IMG/VR virus record: IMGVR_UViG_3300032893_000029
Coordinates: 1 to 64,000 of that record
Reading direction: 5' to 3' (one strand)
DNA from: a virus
DNA length: 64,000 nucleotides
The position numbers and the translations under genes are program-made. Numbering within the stretch: the stretch's first letter is position 1; the number at the start of each line of letters is the position of its first letter. Below are positions 10,011 to 19,522 of the stretch, in pieces. Under the pieces are notes generated by a model. That model made no database searches and was not told the origin of the DNA. It worked only from the letters and a program-made list of their open reading frames with translations.

Positions 10011-10465
10011 AGCGAGCCCTGCCGCTGCGCGAATTGCAGATAGACCCGCCCGAAGGGGTCCTTGAGATATTGCAAATCGGCGAGCGTGAGATCCTTCAAT
10101 GCCTGCGGTACTTCAAGACCGGCTGATGTGCCTTGATCGCCGGCGGACTGCACGACGCCGCTGACCGGACCCAGGATGTTGTACTTCTCCCGCATGTACT
10201 CGAAATACGGTTTGCCGTTCTTGTACTGCGGCGCATCCGGCGGGTCCTGTGCGAAGTTCAGAAGGTTCGACCCGGCGAGATTGTAGACCATCAGCACATA
10301 GATATCGCAGGAGACTTGGAGAAAGCGCGGGCTGACGATGTCGACGGCGACATTGAAGGCCCACCCCCAGAACGGTGAGTCCTGGGGGAGGATCGTAAAG
10401 CTGATGCCGTTTGTGTTCGCCCACGCCTGAAAGCCGGCGAGCGTTGCCGGATTAGGAGTTGGCAC
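9995..10465 (-). CDS. Head-tail adaptor (DUF4054-like)
   Basis: YVLMVYNLAG..GVVQSAGDQGTS..DPFGRVYL. Confidence 0.75.
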   Translation of the reverse strand: MPTPNPATLAGFQAWANTNGISFTILPQDSPFWGWAFNVAVDIVSPRFLQVSCDIYVLMVYNLAGSNLLNFAQDPPDAPQYKNGKPYFEYMREKYNILGPVSGVVQSAGDQGTSAGLEVPQALKDLTLADLQYLKDPFGRVYLQFAQRQGSLWGLS

Positions 10466-11039
10466 TTTGCGCCAATTGCTTCTGGCGGCGCTTGCTGATT
10501 TCCGGTTTCAGGCCGGTCTTGCCGCGCAGCGACGCGACTTCTTCGGCCGATCGCGTGCTGTCGACATCATAGCCTTCGGCCAGCATCGGCCCGTCTCGAT
10601 CGACGGTGCCCGTGGTGTCGAGTTGTTCCATCGACACCCTAGTCTCGTCGGCCTGCATGAGATCCTGGGTCGTGATGGCGGCGAGCTCGCGGCGCTTGCG
10701 GCCTTCGGCGGTCTTGAGACCGCTGTTGAACCGCAACGCCTTGTCGATGGCGTTCTTCGGCACCGGGCGGTCATAGCTGAAGACATAATCGGTATAGCGC
10801 ACCATCCGATTGACATCGCTGACATCGATCGCGCCGTAGCGCTTTAGCTGTCTGACGATGGAGTCGGCGACCATCTTATGGGCAAGATCGCCGCCGACTG
10901 GTTCCTGTCTTCCCGGCTTGATTTCGACCATGCGGGGCAGGACGCCCTTCTGGTCGACGGACTCGCCTTGCTTGTCGAAGTCCAGCCGGAAATAGAACTT
11001 CTTCGTCTGGCGAGTCGGGTTTGCGACGTACAGTTTCAT
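10452..11039 (-). CDS. Conserved hypothetical protein after the major capsid gene
   Basis: 195 aa, MKLYVANPTRQ; synteny. Confidence 0.6.
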   Translation of the reverse strand: MKLYVANPTRQTKKFYFRLDFDKQGESVDQKGVLPRMVEIKPGRQEPVGGDLAHKMVADSIVRQLKRYGAIDVSDVNRMVRYTDYVFSYDRPVPKNAIDKALRFNSGLKTAEGRKRRELAAITTQDLMQADETRVSMEQLDTTGTVDRDGPMLAEGYDVDSTRSAEEVASLRGKTGLKPEISKRRQKQLAQSANS

Positions 11040-11084
11040 GTTGAAGTCTCCGTTGCTTCTTGGGGCTAGAAACGCGGGGATCGG

Positions 11085-12110
11085 TTAGTCCGAATAGACC
11101 GCCGACAACAGCGTGATTACGGTGGAGCGGACGCCCCAGCCGGACGTGATGCGCCATTCCTGGAGCATGTCCGTCATGCCGCGAGGCGCCGGCGAGAGGA
11201 TTTCACGCGGTGCGGCCATGTCGGAATACTGGGTGACGCACGTCGGATTGTTGGGGTTGAGCTTCTGGAAGACGTTGGTGTCGATGACGCCCATCGGCTT
11301 CGGGTTCTCGACCTTCGGCATGTCGATGATGATCAGATCGGCGCCGCCCTGGCCCTGACCGATCAGGGTGTCGTCGTAGACCCAGTTCAGCTTGTCCTTA
11401 TTGGTCATAAGGATGTCGTCGATCGTGCCCTTCGTCGAAACCGTACCGGCGCCGGGACGCTGGTACTGCACGAGCTCGACGATGTTGTACTCGAACGGCC
11501 CGAGAGCGCGCTGAGGACCAAGGATCGTGAACTCGCGGCCGATTCCCATCTGGAACGTCCGGGTCTTCATCTGCTGGATCTGCTGCGCGATGAAGAACGC
11601 GAACTGGCCGTTGTCGTAGGTCACCAGCGTATCGTTGCCGAAGCTGTCCGGAGGCAGATTGAGCGAGATCGCGCCGGGGGCGTTGATGATGCCCTCGTTA
11701 AGCTGAGGGTTCATGCCGTAGAGGCAAGCGTCGCGGGCGAGAAGATAATGCGCCTGGCGCCCGCCGAGACGGTAGGCTTCCGGAACCGGGAAGCCCCAAT
11801 TGCTGCCGGCCCTGACGTCGTGGTGATTGTACTGGGCGGCGACCTGAAGCTGATAGGTCGCCGTCGAGATGTAATCGGCCACGATGTCGACGCCGGGCAG
11901 TTCGTTGAACGCGGTCTGTCCCGCCGCGGCCTTCGTTCTGACGTTCAACGTCTTCATGTAGACGTAGAGGTCATCTTCGGCGAGGCGGACCCGCATCGAG
12001 CTTCCCTCGAGCAGATCGATGAAGCCCGACGGCTGACTGATCTGCGTCAGCAACTCGGGTTCGATGAACGAGGGATGCGTGATGACAAAAGACGGTGCTT
12101 GGATGGTCAT
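11085..12110 (-). CDS. Major capsid protein (DUF2184-like)
   Basis: 341 aa after the cement gene; EWRITSGWGVRS..SAVY HK97-fold C-terminus. Confidence 0.85.
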   Translation of the reverse strand: MTIQAPSFVITHPSFIEPELLTQISQPSGFIDLLEGSSMRVRLAEDDLYVYMKTLNVRTKAAAGQTAFNELPGVDIVADYISTATYQLQVAAQYNHHDVRAGSNWGFPVPEAYRLGGRQAHYLLARDACLYGMNPQLNEGIINAPGAISLNLPPDSFGNDTLVTYDNGQFAFFIAQQIQQMKTRTFQMGIGREFTILGPQRALGPFEYNIVELVQYQRPGAGTVSTKGTIDDILMTNKDKLNWVYDDTLIGQGQGGADLIIIDMPKVENPKPMGVIDTNVFQKLNPNNPTCVTQYSDMAAPREILSPAPRGMTDMLQEWRITSGWGVRSTVITLLSAVYSD

Positions 12111-12125
12111 TGGCTCCTGGCCTCC

Positions 12126-12962
12126 TTAGATCTGGATGATGGCGGCCATGCCGTCGTAGTTCCACGTCGCATTGGTACCATCCCAATCGACGACCATGCA
12201 GTTCGTCGTGAGGATATCAAGGACGAGGACGTTCAGCGCGGCATTGCTGACGGTGCCACCAGTGATGGTGAGCGTGAGGCCTGTCGGGCCGGTGAAGTTC
12301 AGGGTTTCCCCCGTGGTGCCGGCGGTTGCGGTCTGTTCGCCGTCGAGTTCGGCGTAAGAATCGGTTCCGGTTACGGCGGAGAGCTCGAAAGTATCGCCGG
12401 GCTCGAGACCATGCGCCGCCGCCGTGGTCAACGAGACGGCGCCGGTTCCGGACGTGTAAGTGCCGGAAGAGACCGTCGTGTTGCTGTACGGCACAAGCTG
12501 CTGGTTGTTGTAGTCCCAGGAGACCTTGCTGTTGATCGGCGAGCCCTTCAGCGCGGCGATGCCCGGTGTTGCCTTGACGGCGATCCGCTGGCCGCTGCCG
12601 AGTTTGTAGAACTCGACCTGGCCATAGGACGGCGCCAGCGGCACCGGACTTTGCGGCGTGATGATCTGTGCATACGACCACACCGAGAAGCCGTTGATCA
12701 AAGCGACGGATGTCGCGCGCCCGACGGCACCGCCAAGAGCGGAGCGCGGGTTGGTGACACCGCCCAGCGGGATGTCGACATAGATGCCGACGCCGGCCCA
12801 CATCGGAAGGGTTTCCGAAGAGGACAGATAGCCGGAGGCCTTCTGGTAGACCTTTGCCGGTTCGGGATAGACCTGGCCTTGGACCAGTCCATACGAATCG
12901 GTGACGAAGGCGCCGCCGGCAACCGTCGTGCCGAGCGGGTTGAAAGGAACGTTCGCAGTCAT
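12126..12962 (-). CDS. Capsid cement/decoration protein with FCCH-like insertion
   Basis: PMWAGVGI..GFSVWS..TPQSPVP..FYKLGSGQRI; lies between scaffold and capsid genes. Confidence 0.75.
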   Translation of the reverse strand: MTANVPFNPLGTTVAGGAFVTDSYGLVQGQVYPEPAKVYQKASGYLSSSETLPMWAGVGIYVDIPLGGVTNPRSALGGAVGRATSVALINGFSVWSYAQIITPQSPVPLAPSYGQVEFYKLGSGQRIAVKATPGIAALKGSPINSKVSWDYNNQQLVPYSNTTVSSGTYTSGTGAVSLTTAAAHGLEPGDTFELSAVTGTDSYAELDGEQTATAGTTGETLNFTGPTGLTLTITGGTVSNAALNVLVLDILTTNCMVVDWDGTNATWNYDGMAAIIQI

Positions 12963-12964
12963 GG

Positions 12965-14938
12965 TTAGTTACCCCCGCGGCCGAGATTTTTGCCCTTCCA
13001 GTCGCCGACGGCACGTTGTCCGACGCCGGCGAATGGATCCATCCAGGCGCGCGTGTCGCCGAAGAACTCGACGACGGTGTGCCCGTTTTCCGTGCTGCGG
13101 ACCTCGCGGAGCCGCCCATCGGGATGCCCGCCGGGACGGCGTGCATGTGCCTTCGCCGCTTCGTAGACTTTCGTCTCGACTGCGGTGAAGGTCGCTTCGT
13201 CAGCGATCGGGAAGTCCGAGACATCGAACAGTTTCGTGTCCTTCCATTCCTCGCTGTACTGCTTCAGACCAGCGGCGAGCGAGCGCCGATAGTTTGCCAG
13301 ATCTTCGCCCGGCATCGGCGCTCTGGCCTGAGATCCATTCGCCAGATAGACGGCGTCGGCCCTGGCCTGCACCTGTGCGAAAGCCGCGCGCTCTTCCGGC
13401 GTCCGCGGTTTTGTCCGGTTGTCGATCGCATCGATGCGTGTCGCCAGACCGGCGATGGAATCATCGCGGGCGGCTTTGGCCGCTGCATCGGCCGCGGCTT
13501 TGGCGGCGTCGTCGCGGGCTTTCTTCGCCGCGTCGTCACGCTCTTTGCTCTCGCACTCTTCGGCGTCCTTGCGGGCGCGTTTGGCGCGATCGGCGGCCTT
13601 TTCCTTCGGTTCGCCTTCCTTCTCGAATTTGGCGGCGAGCTCGCCTTCTTCGGAATCGTGACGCGACTTGTATTTGTCGTCGTCGTCGTCATCGCGACGC
13701 TTCGAGAAATGCTTGGCGTCGTCGCGGGCCTTCGCGGCGTCGTCACGCGCCTTTTCGGCGTCGTCACGGGCCTTGTCTTTCTGCTCGACGGCGTCCATGC
13801 GCGCGTGCAGAGCATCCATGCGGCCAACCACACCGCCGACGGCATCAGCCACTTTGCTAATGGTGTCGGCGACCTTATCGAGCTTTGCGTCTCTTTCGGC
13901 GTCCTTCCGAGCCCGGTCTTCGGCCGCCTTCTTTTCCTCTTCCGTCATGACAGAGTCTCCACGAGTTTCATTCGGAACGCCTTCTGGATCGCCACCTTTG
14001 TCCCAAACGCCTTGCCCGCAGATGGCGATATGATCGAGCAAAACGGCTTTTCCTTCGACAAGCCAGGTACGGCCTTTGTCGTCATGAAAGCGCTGATCCG
14101 GATCGGCCTTGTTGCCGAGCAGCACGCTTGGCGATGTCGACCAGACCTCGTCGGGATCGGCAAGCCTGTTGCCGGCGTCGAGATCATGGATCTTGGCGAT
14201 GCCCCAGACTTCGTCGCCCTTCAGATAGGGCAACATGATGGCGCCGATGACGCGCTTTCGATATTCCTTCGTCGTCAATGTCGCGCCGGGCGGATGTTCC
14301 CAGATCACCGACAGCCCGTTGCAGCGCGCCAGGAACTCATCGTTGAGATAGAGCGTCGGATCGCGCCAGACGAATTCGTTGAACTTCGGACGGAAAGACT
14401 GCCCGGTTCCGGTGATCCGGATCGCGAACAGCCAGATGTTTTTGTAGCGCTGCGGGCTCGTCAGTTCGCCGGCGGCGATGGCCCTGGCGATGCCGAGCTC
14501 GTCCATCGTCATTCTGTCGAGCGCGATCTTGACGCCGGGATGCAGCGGTTCCGGCGGCTGATCCGCCGGCGCCCAGGCAAAGCCGACATGCTCGGCGTTC
14601 AGCTTCGGGACGAAGCCGGCATCCTTTTCGCTGACGACATCGACGAATGTCGTGAAGTCGACGGGATCAGGCGCGACCGGCGGCGGAGCATCGTCGATCG
14701 TCGGCGGGGGCAGCGGTTGCAGGATCGACCGCGCCAGAAACAACAACTGTCCTTTGGGCCGGCGCCCAATTTCCTCTTCGCATTCCCGCGCCGCGCATTC
14801 TTCCGCGGATTCGCCGTGCTCGATGGCGCCACCGGGCAGACACCAGAAGCCCGGGAAGTCGCTGGTCTGCGACCGCTTCAGAAAGAGAACCTTGTTGTCC
14901 GGCGCCAGGAACAGCACGCCGGCGCCGCGGACTGTCAA
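12965..14938 (-). CDS. NUDIX - DUF2213 prohead protease - scaffold fusion
   Basis: Nudix box GGAIEHGESAEECAARECEEEIG; central IWEHP..LDHIAIC..GVWDKG; KARDDA-repeat coiled-coil scaffold. Confidence 0.85.
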   Translation of the reverse strand: MTVRGAGVLFLAPDNKVLFLKRSQTSDFPGFWCLPGGAIEHGESAEECAARECEEEIGRRPKGQLLFLARSILQPLPPPTIDDAPPPVAPDPVDFTTFVDVVSEKDAGFVPKLNAEHVGFAWAPADQPPEPLHPGVKIALDRMTMDELGIARAIAAGELTSPQRYKNIWLFAIRITGTGQSFRPKFNEFVWRDPTLYLNDEFLARCNGLSVIWEHPPGATLTTKEYRKRVIGAIMLPYLKGDEVWGIAKIHDLDAGNRLADPDEVWSTSPSVLLGNKADPDQRFHDDKGRTWLVEGKAVLLDHIAICGQGVWDKGGDPEGVPNETRGDSVMTEEEKKAAEDRARKDAERDAKLDKVADTISKVADAVGGVVGRMDALHARMDAVEQKDKARDDAEKARDDAAKARDDAKHFSKRRDDDDDDKYKSRHDSEEGELAAKFEKEGEPKEKAADRAKRARKDAEECESKERDDAAKKARDDAAKAAADAAAKAARDDSIAGLATRIDAIDNRTKPRTPEERAAFAQVQARADAVYLANGSQARAPMPGEDLANYRRSLAAGLKQYSEEWKDTKLFDVSDFPIADEATFTAVETKVYEAAKAHARRPGGHPDGRLREVRSTENGHTVVEFFGDTRAWMDPFAGVGQRAVGDWKGKNLGRGGN

Positions 14939-15210
14939 CGCCGGATTTCCGTCGTCGTGTTGCCGCGCGCCGGGATCGTTCTGTCGCGGAACCGCCGCAT
15001 GAAATCCGGCCTGACGAACCCTGGTGCCGCCGCAACGGCATTGTTCCCGATCAGCGCCGTGTCTGCGATCAGCGTCTGCGCTTCGCCATAATCCCTGCCG
15101 TGCCTCCAGCCGGCTTCATAGCTGGTCTTCCATGTGATCAGCGCGACGGCGGCGCAGAGACAGAGGCAAGTCAGGATTTCGCGGCGATGCTTCACAATCG
15201 TTTCGGTCAT
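14935..15210 (-). CDS. Hypothetical membrane protein
   Basis: Hydrophobic ILTCLCLCAAVALITW segment. Confidence 0.5.
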   Translation of the reverse strand: MTETIVKHRREILTCLCLCAAVALITWKTSYEAGWRHGRDYGEAQTLIADTALIGNNAVAAAPGFVRPDFMRRFRDRTIPARGNTTTEIRR

Positions 15211-15211
15211 G

Positions 15212-17506
15212 TCAGGAGCCCTTGCAATCGTAGACGCCGGCATCGCTGCCGGTACCGGTCACGGTCGCCGCCGAACCGCTGGTCGGTACCATCTTTACGG
15301 GGTTCAGCGCCGTGGTGTCCTGGGCGAAGCAGCTATAGGTCGTGTTCGACGCGAACGGCAGGCCGGTGACGCTGACCGTCCCGCTGGAAAGCGTGAATGT
15401 CCCCGTGATTTCGTTTTGCACACCCGCCGCGGAACCCTGATGAAAGGTGACGGCCGTCGGGTACATCTTGTTCCACTCGACAACCGCGGCACTGGTCAGC
15501 GACGGACAGTTGATCGCCGCCGGCGTCGTGCTCGGCATCGTTATGACGTTTGCGGAGATCGACAGGCCGGCGCCGGTCTCGCTGCCGCACCGGATGCCGC
15601 CGGTCGTGTTGGACGCCGCCACCGAGGCATCGATGATGTTGCCCTTGATCGCGACGTTCGTGAACGAAGCGGGGCTTCCGACATCGATCGCCTGCCAGAC
15701 ATAGGTCGAGGAATTGTCGTTAAAAATGCTGTTGCCGGCCAACGATACGTTCGTCAGTGCGATCGAGCTCGCCAGGATTGCGGTGGCGTTCTGGTAGGAA
15801 CTGTTGTTGTTGGACTGGTCGACGAAGTTGTTGCCATTCGCCGTGATATCTGTCCCGCCGCTCAGATAGAGTCCGATCCAGCCGCCATAGACTTCATTGC
15901 CGGAGACCGTTACGTGTTCGGCATTCTGGAGGCGAATGTCGTCGAGCGCGTCGGTGATGTTGCCCTGCGGATTGACGAACGTATTTCCGATGATCGACGC
16001 GACGCCGCCGTAGGTGCTGGCATTTGAAAGCCAGAGCGCGGCGAGGATGTTCGTGTTTGTCGAGCGATGGGTATTCGACAGATCGACATCGTCAAAAAGA
16101 TTGCCAGCAACGGTCAGTTGTTGGGCATCGTTCACGAGGTTCAGAACGGAATCGTAGAACTCGTTACCCGTTATAACCGTGACCGCGGTGCCTGTGACCT
16201 TCGTGACTTCTTTGGCGCTTGTCACATACGGGGTGTCATGACCGCTCGATTGGACCAGGTTTCCGGTAACGACGGCGTAGCCACCGCCCGCAATGTCGAA
16301 GCCCCCCATATCGCAGTGATAAAAAACGTTCCCCGCGATGACATATTGAGTGTCATACGACGCCGAGACGGTGTTGAAGCAATACCCGGTCGACGTATCG
16401 ACGATGTTGTTTGAGATCACAGCCCGGGTCGCGCCGGTCGAGGTCGACATCGCGCCGGTCGCAAAGGTGTGGCCGTATTCCGCGACAGTCGGCAGCGTCG
16501 AGCCGGTGAACTGGTAGACCTTGTAGAAGTGGTTTCCCGACTCCTCGAAATCGACCATCGTGCCGTTGCCGCCGGGCCACGAGCCGTTTCCAGCGATGTT
16601 GGTGAAATAATTGTCGGCGACCCTGGCGTAGCTTGCGTTGTCGATTTCGAGCCCATTCACGCTCGAATTCTGAAAAATGTTGTGGTCGACGACGGCGCGG
16701 CCCGTGATGGAATTGATAAAGACCAGATTGCCGTAGGACCAGTTCTGCGACTGCGCCGAGCGGTTCGAGCTATTGCCGCCGAAGACGCCATTCGTGATCC
16801 GGATGTTTCCGGTCAGCGGCGAGCTCGGACCGCTTCCGAACTGAAGCGGAAGATCGACGCGCTCGATGACGGCGGAACCAGCAGCGGTCGGACCGCCTTG
16901 CGCAAAAGATACGCCATATTTGAGCGTCAGCGTGTCGCTGGTGCAGGGCGCGCCAGCGACGGACGTGCCGCACGCCGAAATTATGTCGGGATAGGTGTAA
17001 TCATTGTTGGCATAGCTGGCATCGCGGATGAAGACGTTGTCGCCGACACAGAACAGCGTATGGCCGCCACTGACCAGATTGACCGTCGTATCGCCGGAAT
17101 GGACGATACCGGTCGAACCGGAGGCCGTTGTCGTCGTCGCGACGGAGCCGGTCAACTTCAGTGTGCTTCCCCTGAGATCCAGAAGCGCCGGCAGAACTGT
17201 CGTGCTGCCCGGAATGCCGACACCGCAACCGCCGATCGTGTAGGTCTGGTTTGCCGGGAAAAACACCGCGCCAGCGTTCCCAGCCGCGATGACGGCGTTG
17301 TCGATATTGGTGACGTCCGTCACGCCGCTGCCAGTCGACATCTGGACGTAAACGATATTGGCGTTCCAGACCGGGCCGTTGTAATCGGCCATCATCACTG
17401 AAGCGGCGACGATCGCGGAAGCCAGCACGCCGGCGGAGCGCCAGGCGCCGAGGCCTTTGGTCAGTGCATCGAGCGAGCGACGGCCGAATTCGAGGATCTG
17501 TCTCAC
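15212..17506 (-). CDS. Right-handed beta-helix (pectate-lyase-like) tailspike/depolymerase
   Basis: 764 aa with repeated (V/I)xGNxF/(I)xxN motifs and N-terminal NIDNAVIAAG..VFFPA. Confidence 0.8.
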   Translation of the reverse strand: MRQILEFGRRSLDALTKGLGAWRSAGVLASAIVAASVMMADYNGPVWNANIVYVQMSTGSGVTDVTNIDNAVIAAGNAGAVFFPANQTYTIGGCGVGIPGSTTVLPALLDLRGSTLKLTGSVATTTTASGSTGIVHSGDTTVNLVSGGHTLFCVGDNVFIRDASYANNDYTYPDIISACGTSVAGAPCTSDTLTLKYGVSFAQGGPTAAGSAVIERVDLPLQFGSGPSSPLTGNIRITNGVFGGNSSNRSAQSQNWSYGNLVFINSITGRAVVDHNIFQNSSVNGLEIDNASYARVADNYFTNIAGNGSWPGGNGTMVDFEESGNHFYKVYQFTGSTLPTVAEYGHTFATGAMSTSTGATRAVISNNIVDTSTGYCFNTVSASYDTQYVIAGNVFYHCDMGGFDIAGGGYAVVTGNLVQSSGHDTPYVTSAKEVTKVTGTAVTVITGNEFYDSVLNLVNDAQQLTVAGNLFDDVDLSNTHRSTNTNILAALWLSNASTYGGVASIIGNTFVNPQGNITDALDDIRLQNAEHVTVSGNEVYGGWIGLYLSGGTDITANGNNFVDQSNNNSSYQNATAILASSIALTNVSLAGNSIFNDNSSTYVWQAIDVGSPASFTNVAIKGNIIDASVAASNTTGGIRCGSETGAGLSISANVITMPSTTPAAINCPSLTSAAVVEWNKMYPTAVTFHQGSAAGVQNEITGTFTLSSGTVSVTGLPFASNTTYSCFAQDTTALNPVKMVPTSGSAATVTGTGSDAGVYDCKGS

Positions 17507-17507
17507 G

Positions 17508-17978
17508 TTATTTTGCTCCTACGGCGCCGGGTGTGCTGCTCGAGCTCGCAATCGCGGAGATCGCATCGGACGGGACATAGCTGCCTTCCCAGGACCGGTG
17601 CCAAAGCGGCGGGATCGTGATTTCGCCGGCGGCGCAGGCACTGCCGGTAATGGTCGCCGTTGAGCCGACGGAAATGCAGATCGTCGCCGTCGGACTGTCG
17701 TTGACGATGTCGCAAAAGACCTTGCAGGCCCCGGCCGTGATGATGGTCGAGGCCGTCGTTCCGATCGTCACCGCGGAATAGGCACCCGATGAATTCGTCG
17801 GCAAGAAGGTCCCGCCACCGCCGCTCATATTGACCTTGAGCGAGCCGTCGGAATTGACCGTCGCGGATTTCAGTGTCGACGGGTCCTGGATCTGGACCGG
17901 CGATCCGGCGACCTGCGCATCGGCGAACGAGGGCGCGAGCAGGCACGCCGCAAGTGCGGCGAGAAAAAGTCTTTTCAT
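17508..17978 (-). CDS. Hypothetical protein with signal peptide
   Basis: MKRLFLAALAACLLAPSFADA is a Sec signal-like N-terminus. Confidence 0.6.
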   Translation of the reverse strand: MKRLFLAALAACLLAPSFADAQVAGSPVQIQDPSTLKSATVNSDGSLKVNMSGGGGTFLPTNSSGAYSAVTIGTTASTIITAGACKVFCDIVNDSPTATICISVGSTATITGSACAAGEITIPPLWHRSWEGSYVPSDAISAIASSSSTPGAVGAK

Positions 17979-17989
17979 GTCATGCTCCC

Positions 17990-18361
17990 TCAGTGTGGGC
18001 CGGCGAGAAGGACGCAGTTCGAAATGTTCGCCGCGACCCCTCCGGTATTTTCGAAGGTGACTATGAAGGTCTGGTACGGCGCGCCGTCCGTCACCGACAG
18101 CGATGCCGGCTCATTGGCGACGACGTTCAGCGGAATCGCCGGGCCGACCGGTGCCAGCCCAGCGGTGTCGCCGTAACGCTGGATCGATGCGGTGCCATTC
18201 TGATCGCTCGTGATGCAGAACGTCAGATTCGGGTTCAGCGTGCGATTGCGGAGCAACCCGCTGTTCCAGGTCGCGCCCGCGGCGAGTGTTGTTGGGAACG
18301 GCGTCGGCGGTGTCAGCGGGTACGTGATGTTGCGCACACCGACGGAAGTGTTTTGCGGCAT
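17990..18361 (-). CDS. Hypothetical virion protein, paralog of 7558-8055
   Basis: See 7558-8055. Confidence 0.6.
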   Translation of the reverse strand: MPQNTSVGVRNITYPLTPPTPFPTTLAAGATWNSGLLRNRTLNPNLTFCITSDQNGTASIQRYGDTAGLAPVGPAIPLNVVANEPASLSVTDGAPYQTFIVTFENTGGVAANISNCVLLAGPH

Positions 18362-18364
18362 CGG

Positions 18365-18667
18365 CTATCCCTTCGTTATTTCGAGCATGACCGCATCGAG
18401 GCGACGATGCGCGGAGTCCAGCCTGGCAAAACTATCTTCGCGGTGTTCGGTCTCCCGCTCTTCTTCCGAGAAAAACTTGTCCAGGAGACCCCGAAGCTCC
18501 TTCCAGTCCCCGTCGCTCATGTCGTCGCGCACGGGTTCCGAATCGTCGACACCAGTGATCAGCCCCTTGTTTCTCGATGCATAGAAGACCCGCTCGCCTT
18601 TTTCGGCGCCGTATTTCTTCTGCATCGCGGCCATGATCGTTTCGCCTTTGGCCGTCAGAGGCATCAA
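18365..18667 (-). CDS. Small head-associated hypothetical protein
   Basis: MPLTAKGETIMAAMQKKYGAEKGERVFYAS motif; C-terminal RLD..RRLDA. Confidence 0.65.
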   Translation of the reverse strand: MMPLTAKGETIMAAMQKKYGAEKGERVFYASRNKGLITGVDDSEPVRDDMSDGDWKELRGLLDKFFSEEERETEHREDSFARLDSAHRRLDAVMLEITKG

Positions 18668-19167
18668 ATCGTCTCCATCAATTTCAGCAGCGATTCGACT
18701 TCTGCCTGAATGCCGTCAAGTCGGCTGTCGAGATCGTCCGCCGGCGGCGCGCCGGCGGTGTCTGGCCGGCGGGCAACGAGCTCGCAGAAATCGATCATGT
18801 TGGACTCCAACAGGATCGTAGAACTGTAGTGCTCTTTCCCCGGGTTGCCGGCGTTCGGATCGAACACCTTGGTTGCGCCGGCGCGGCCGTCGAGAAGGAT
18901 CGCGTGTTCGCCGCCCTTGTCGTTCAGCGATATGACGCCGAGCACGTAAAGCCCGGATGTCAGCGGCTCGCCTCTATCGCCAATCCGAAGCCAGATTCCG
19001 CGTTCGGCGAGCCAGGGCCCGAATTGCTCCGGCTCGAAATCCTGCTCGAGATTGATCCCGAGCTCTTCGACAGGAATGCCGAGTGCCATCGCGAAGCATG
19101 TCGCGAGACAGCACCGGTCTGTCGGCTGGCGCTGATGGACGATCGGATCGGCGAGGCGAAGGATCAT
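18664..19167 (-). CDS. C39-like cysteine peptidase
   Basis: Q..CCLATCFAM, HAILLD, VFDPN: Cys/His/Asp motifs in C39 order. Confidence 0.65.
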   Translation of the reverse strand: MILRLADPIVHQRQPTDRCCLATCFAMALGIPVEELGINLEQDFEPEQFGPWLAERGIWLRIGDRGEPLTSGLYVLGVISLNDKGGEHAILLDGRAGATKVFDPNAGNPGKEHYSSTILLESNMIDFCELVARRPDTAGAPPADDLDSRLDGIQAEVESLLKLMETI

Positions 19168-19472
19168 CTTTCGACGCCGTCTTCAAGAAAGCCGTGCCAA
19201 TGATATCTGCCGGTTACCTCGTCTTTCCCGATTCCGATCGATGGCGACAGCGTCGCCTGCGGAAACGGTTTGACGATCTTCCACTCCGGACCGCCGGCGT
19301 CGGCAAGGCCTTCGAACCACATCGCGCTTTGCATCCCGCAGCCGCAGGGACAGGCGTGGCCGATTCCCATCTTGATGTCGGCCTGGTTGCGCATGAACCA
19401 ATAGGCGCGGGGGCGATGAGCGTCGGCGTTGTCCTGGCTCGAGACTTCAAAGGCGACGGCGTTTCGTGGCAT
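19164..19472 (-). CDS. DUF6527-like small Cys/His protein
   Basis: CPCGCG...TLSPSI...WHGFLEDG. Confidence 0.7.
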   Translation of the reverse strand: MPRNAVAFEVSSQDNADAHRPRAYWFMRNQADIKMGIGHACPCGCGMQSAMWFEGLADAGGPEWKIVKPFPQATLSPSIGIGKDEVTGRYHWHGFLEDGVER

Positions 19473-19484
19473 CGGCGTTCCCTT

Positions 19485-19522
19485 AAAAAGGCCATGCCGG
19501 CGTCGTTACCCGCCGGCATGGC
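19485..19522 (-). terminator. Rho-independent terminator
   Basis: GCCATGCCGGCG/CGCCGGCATGGC 12-bp inverted repeat followed by a T-run on the minus strand. Confidence 0.7.

Noticed and set aside
13480-13800. Tandem GCGTCGTCGCGGGC-like repeats
   Set aside because: They encode KARDDA scaffold repeats; no spacers, so not CRISPR
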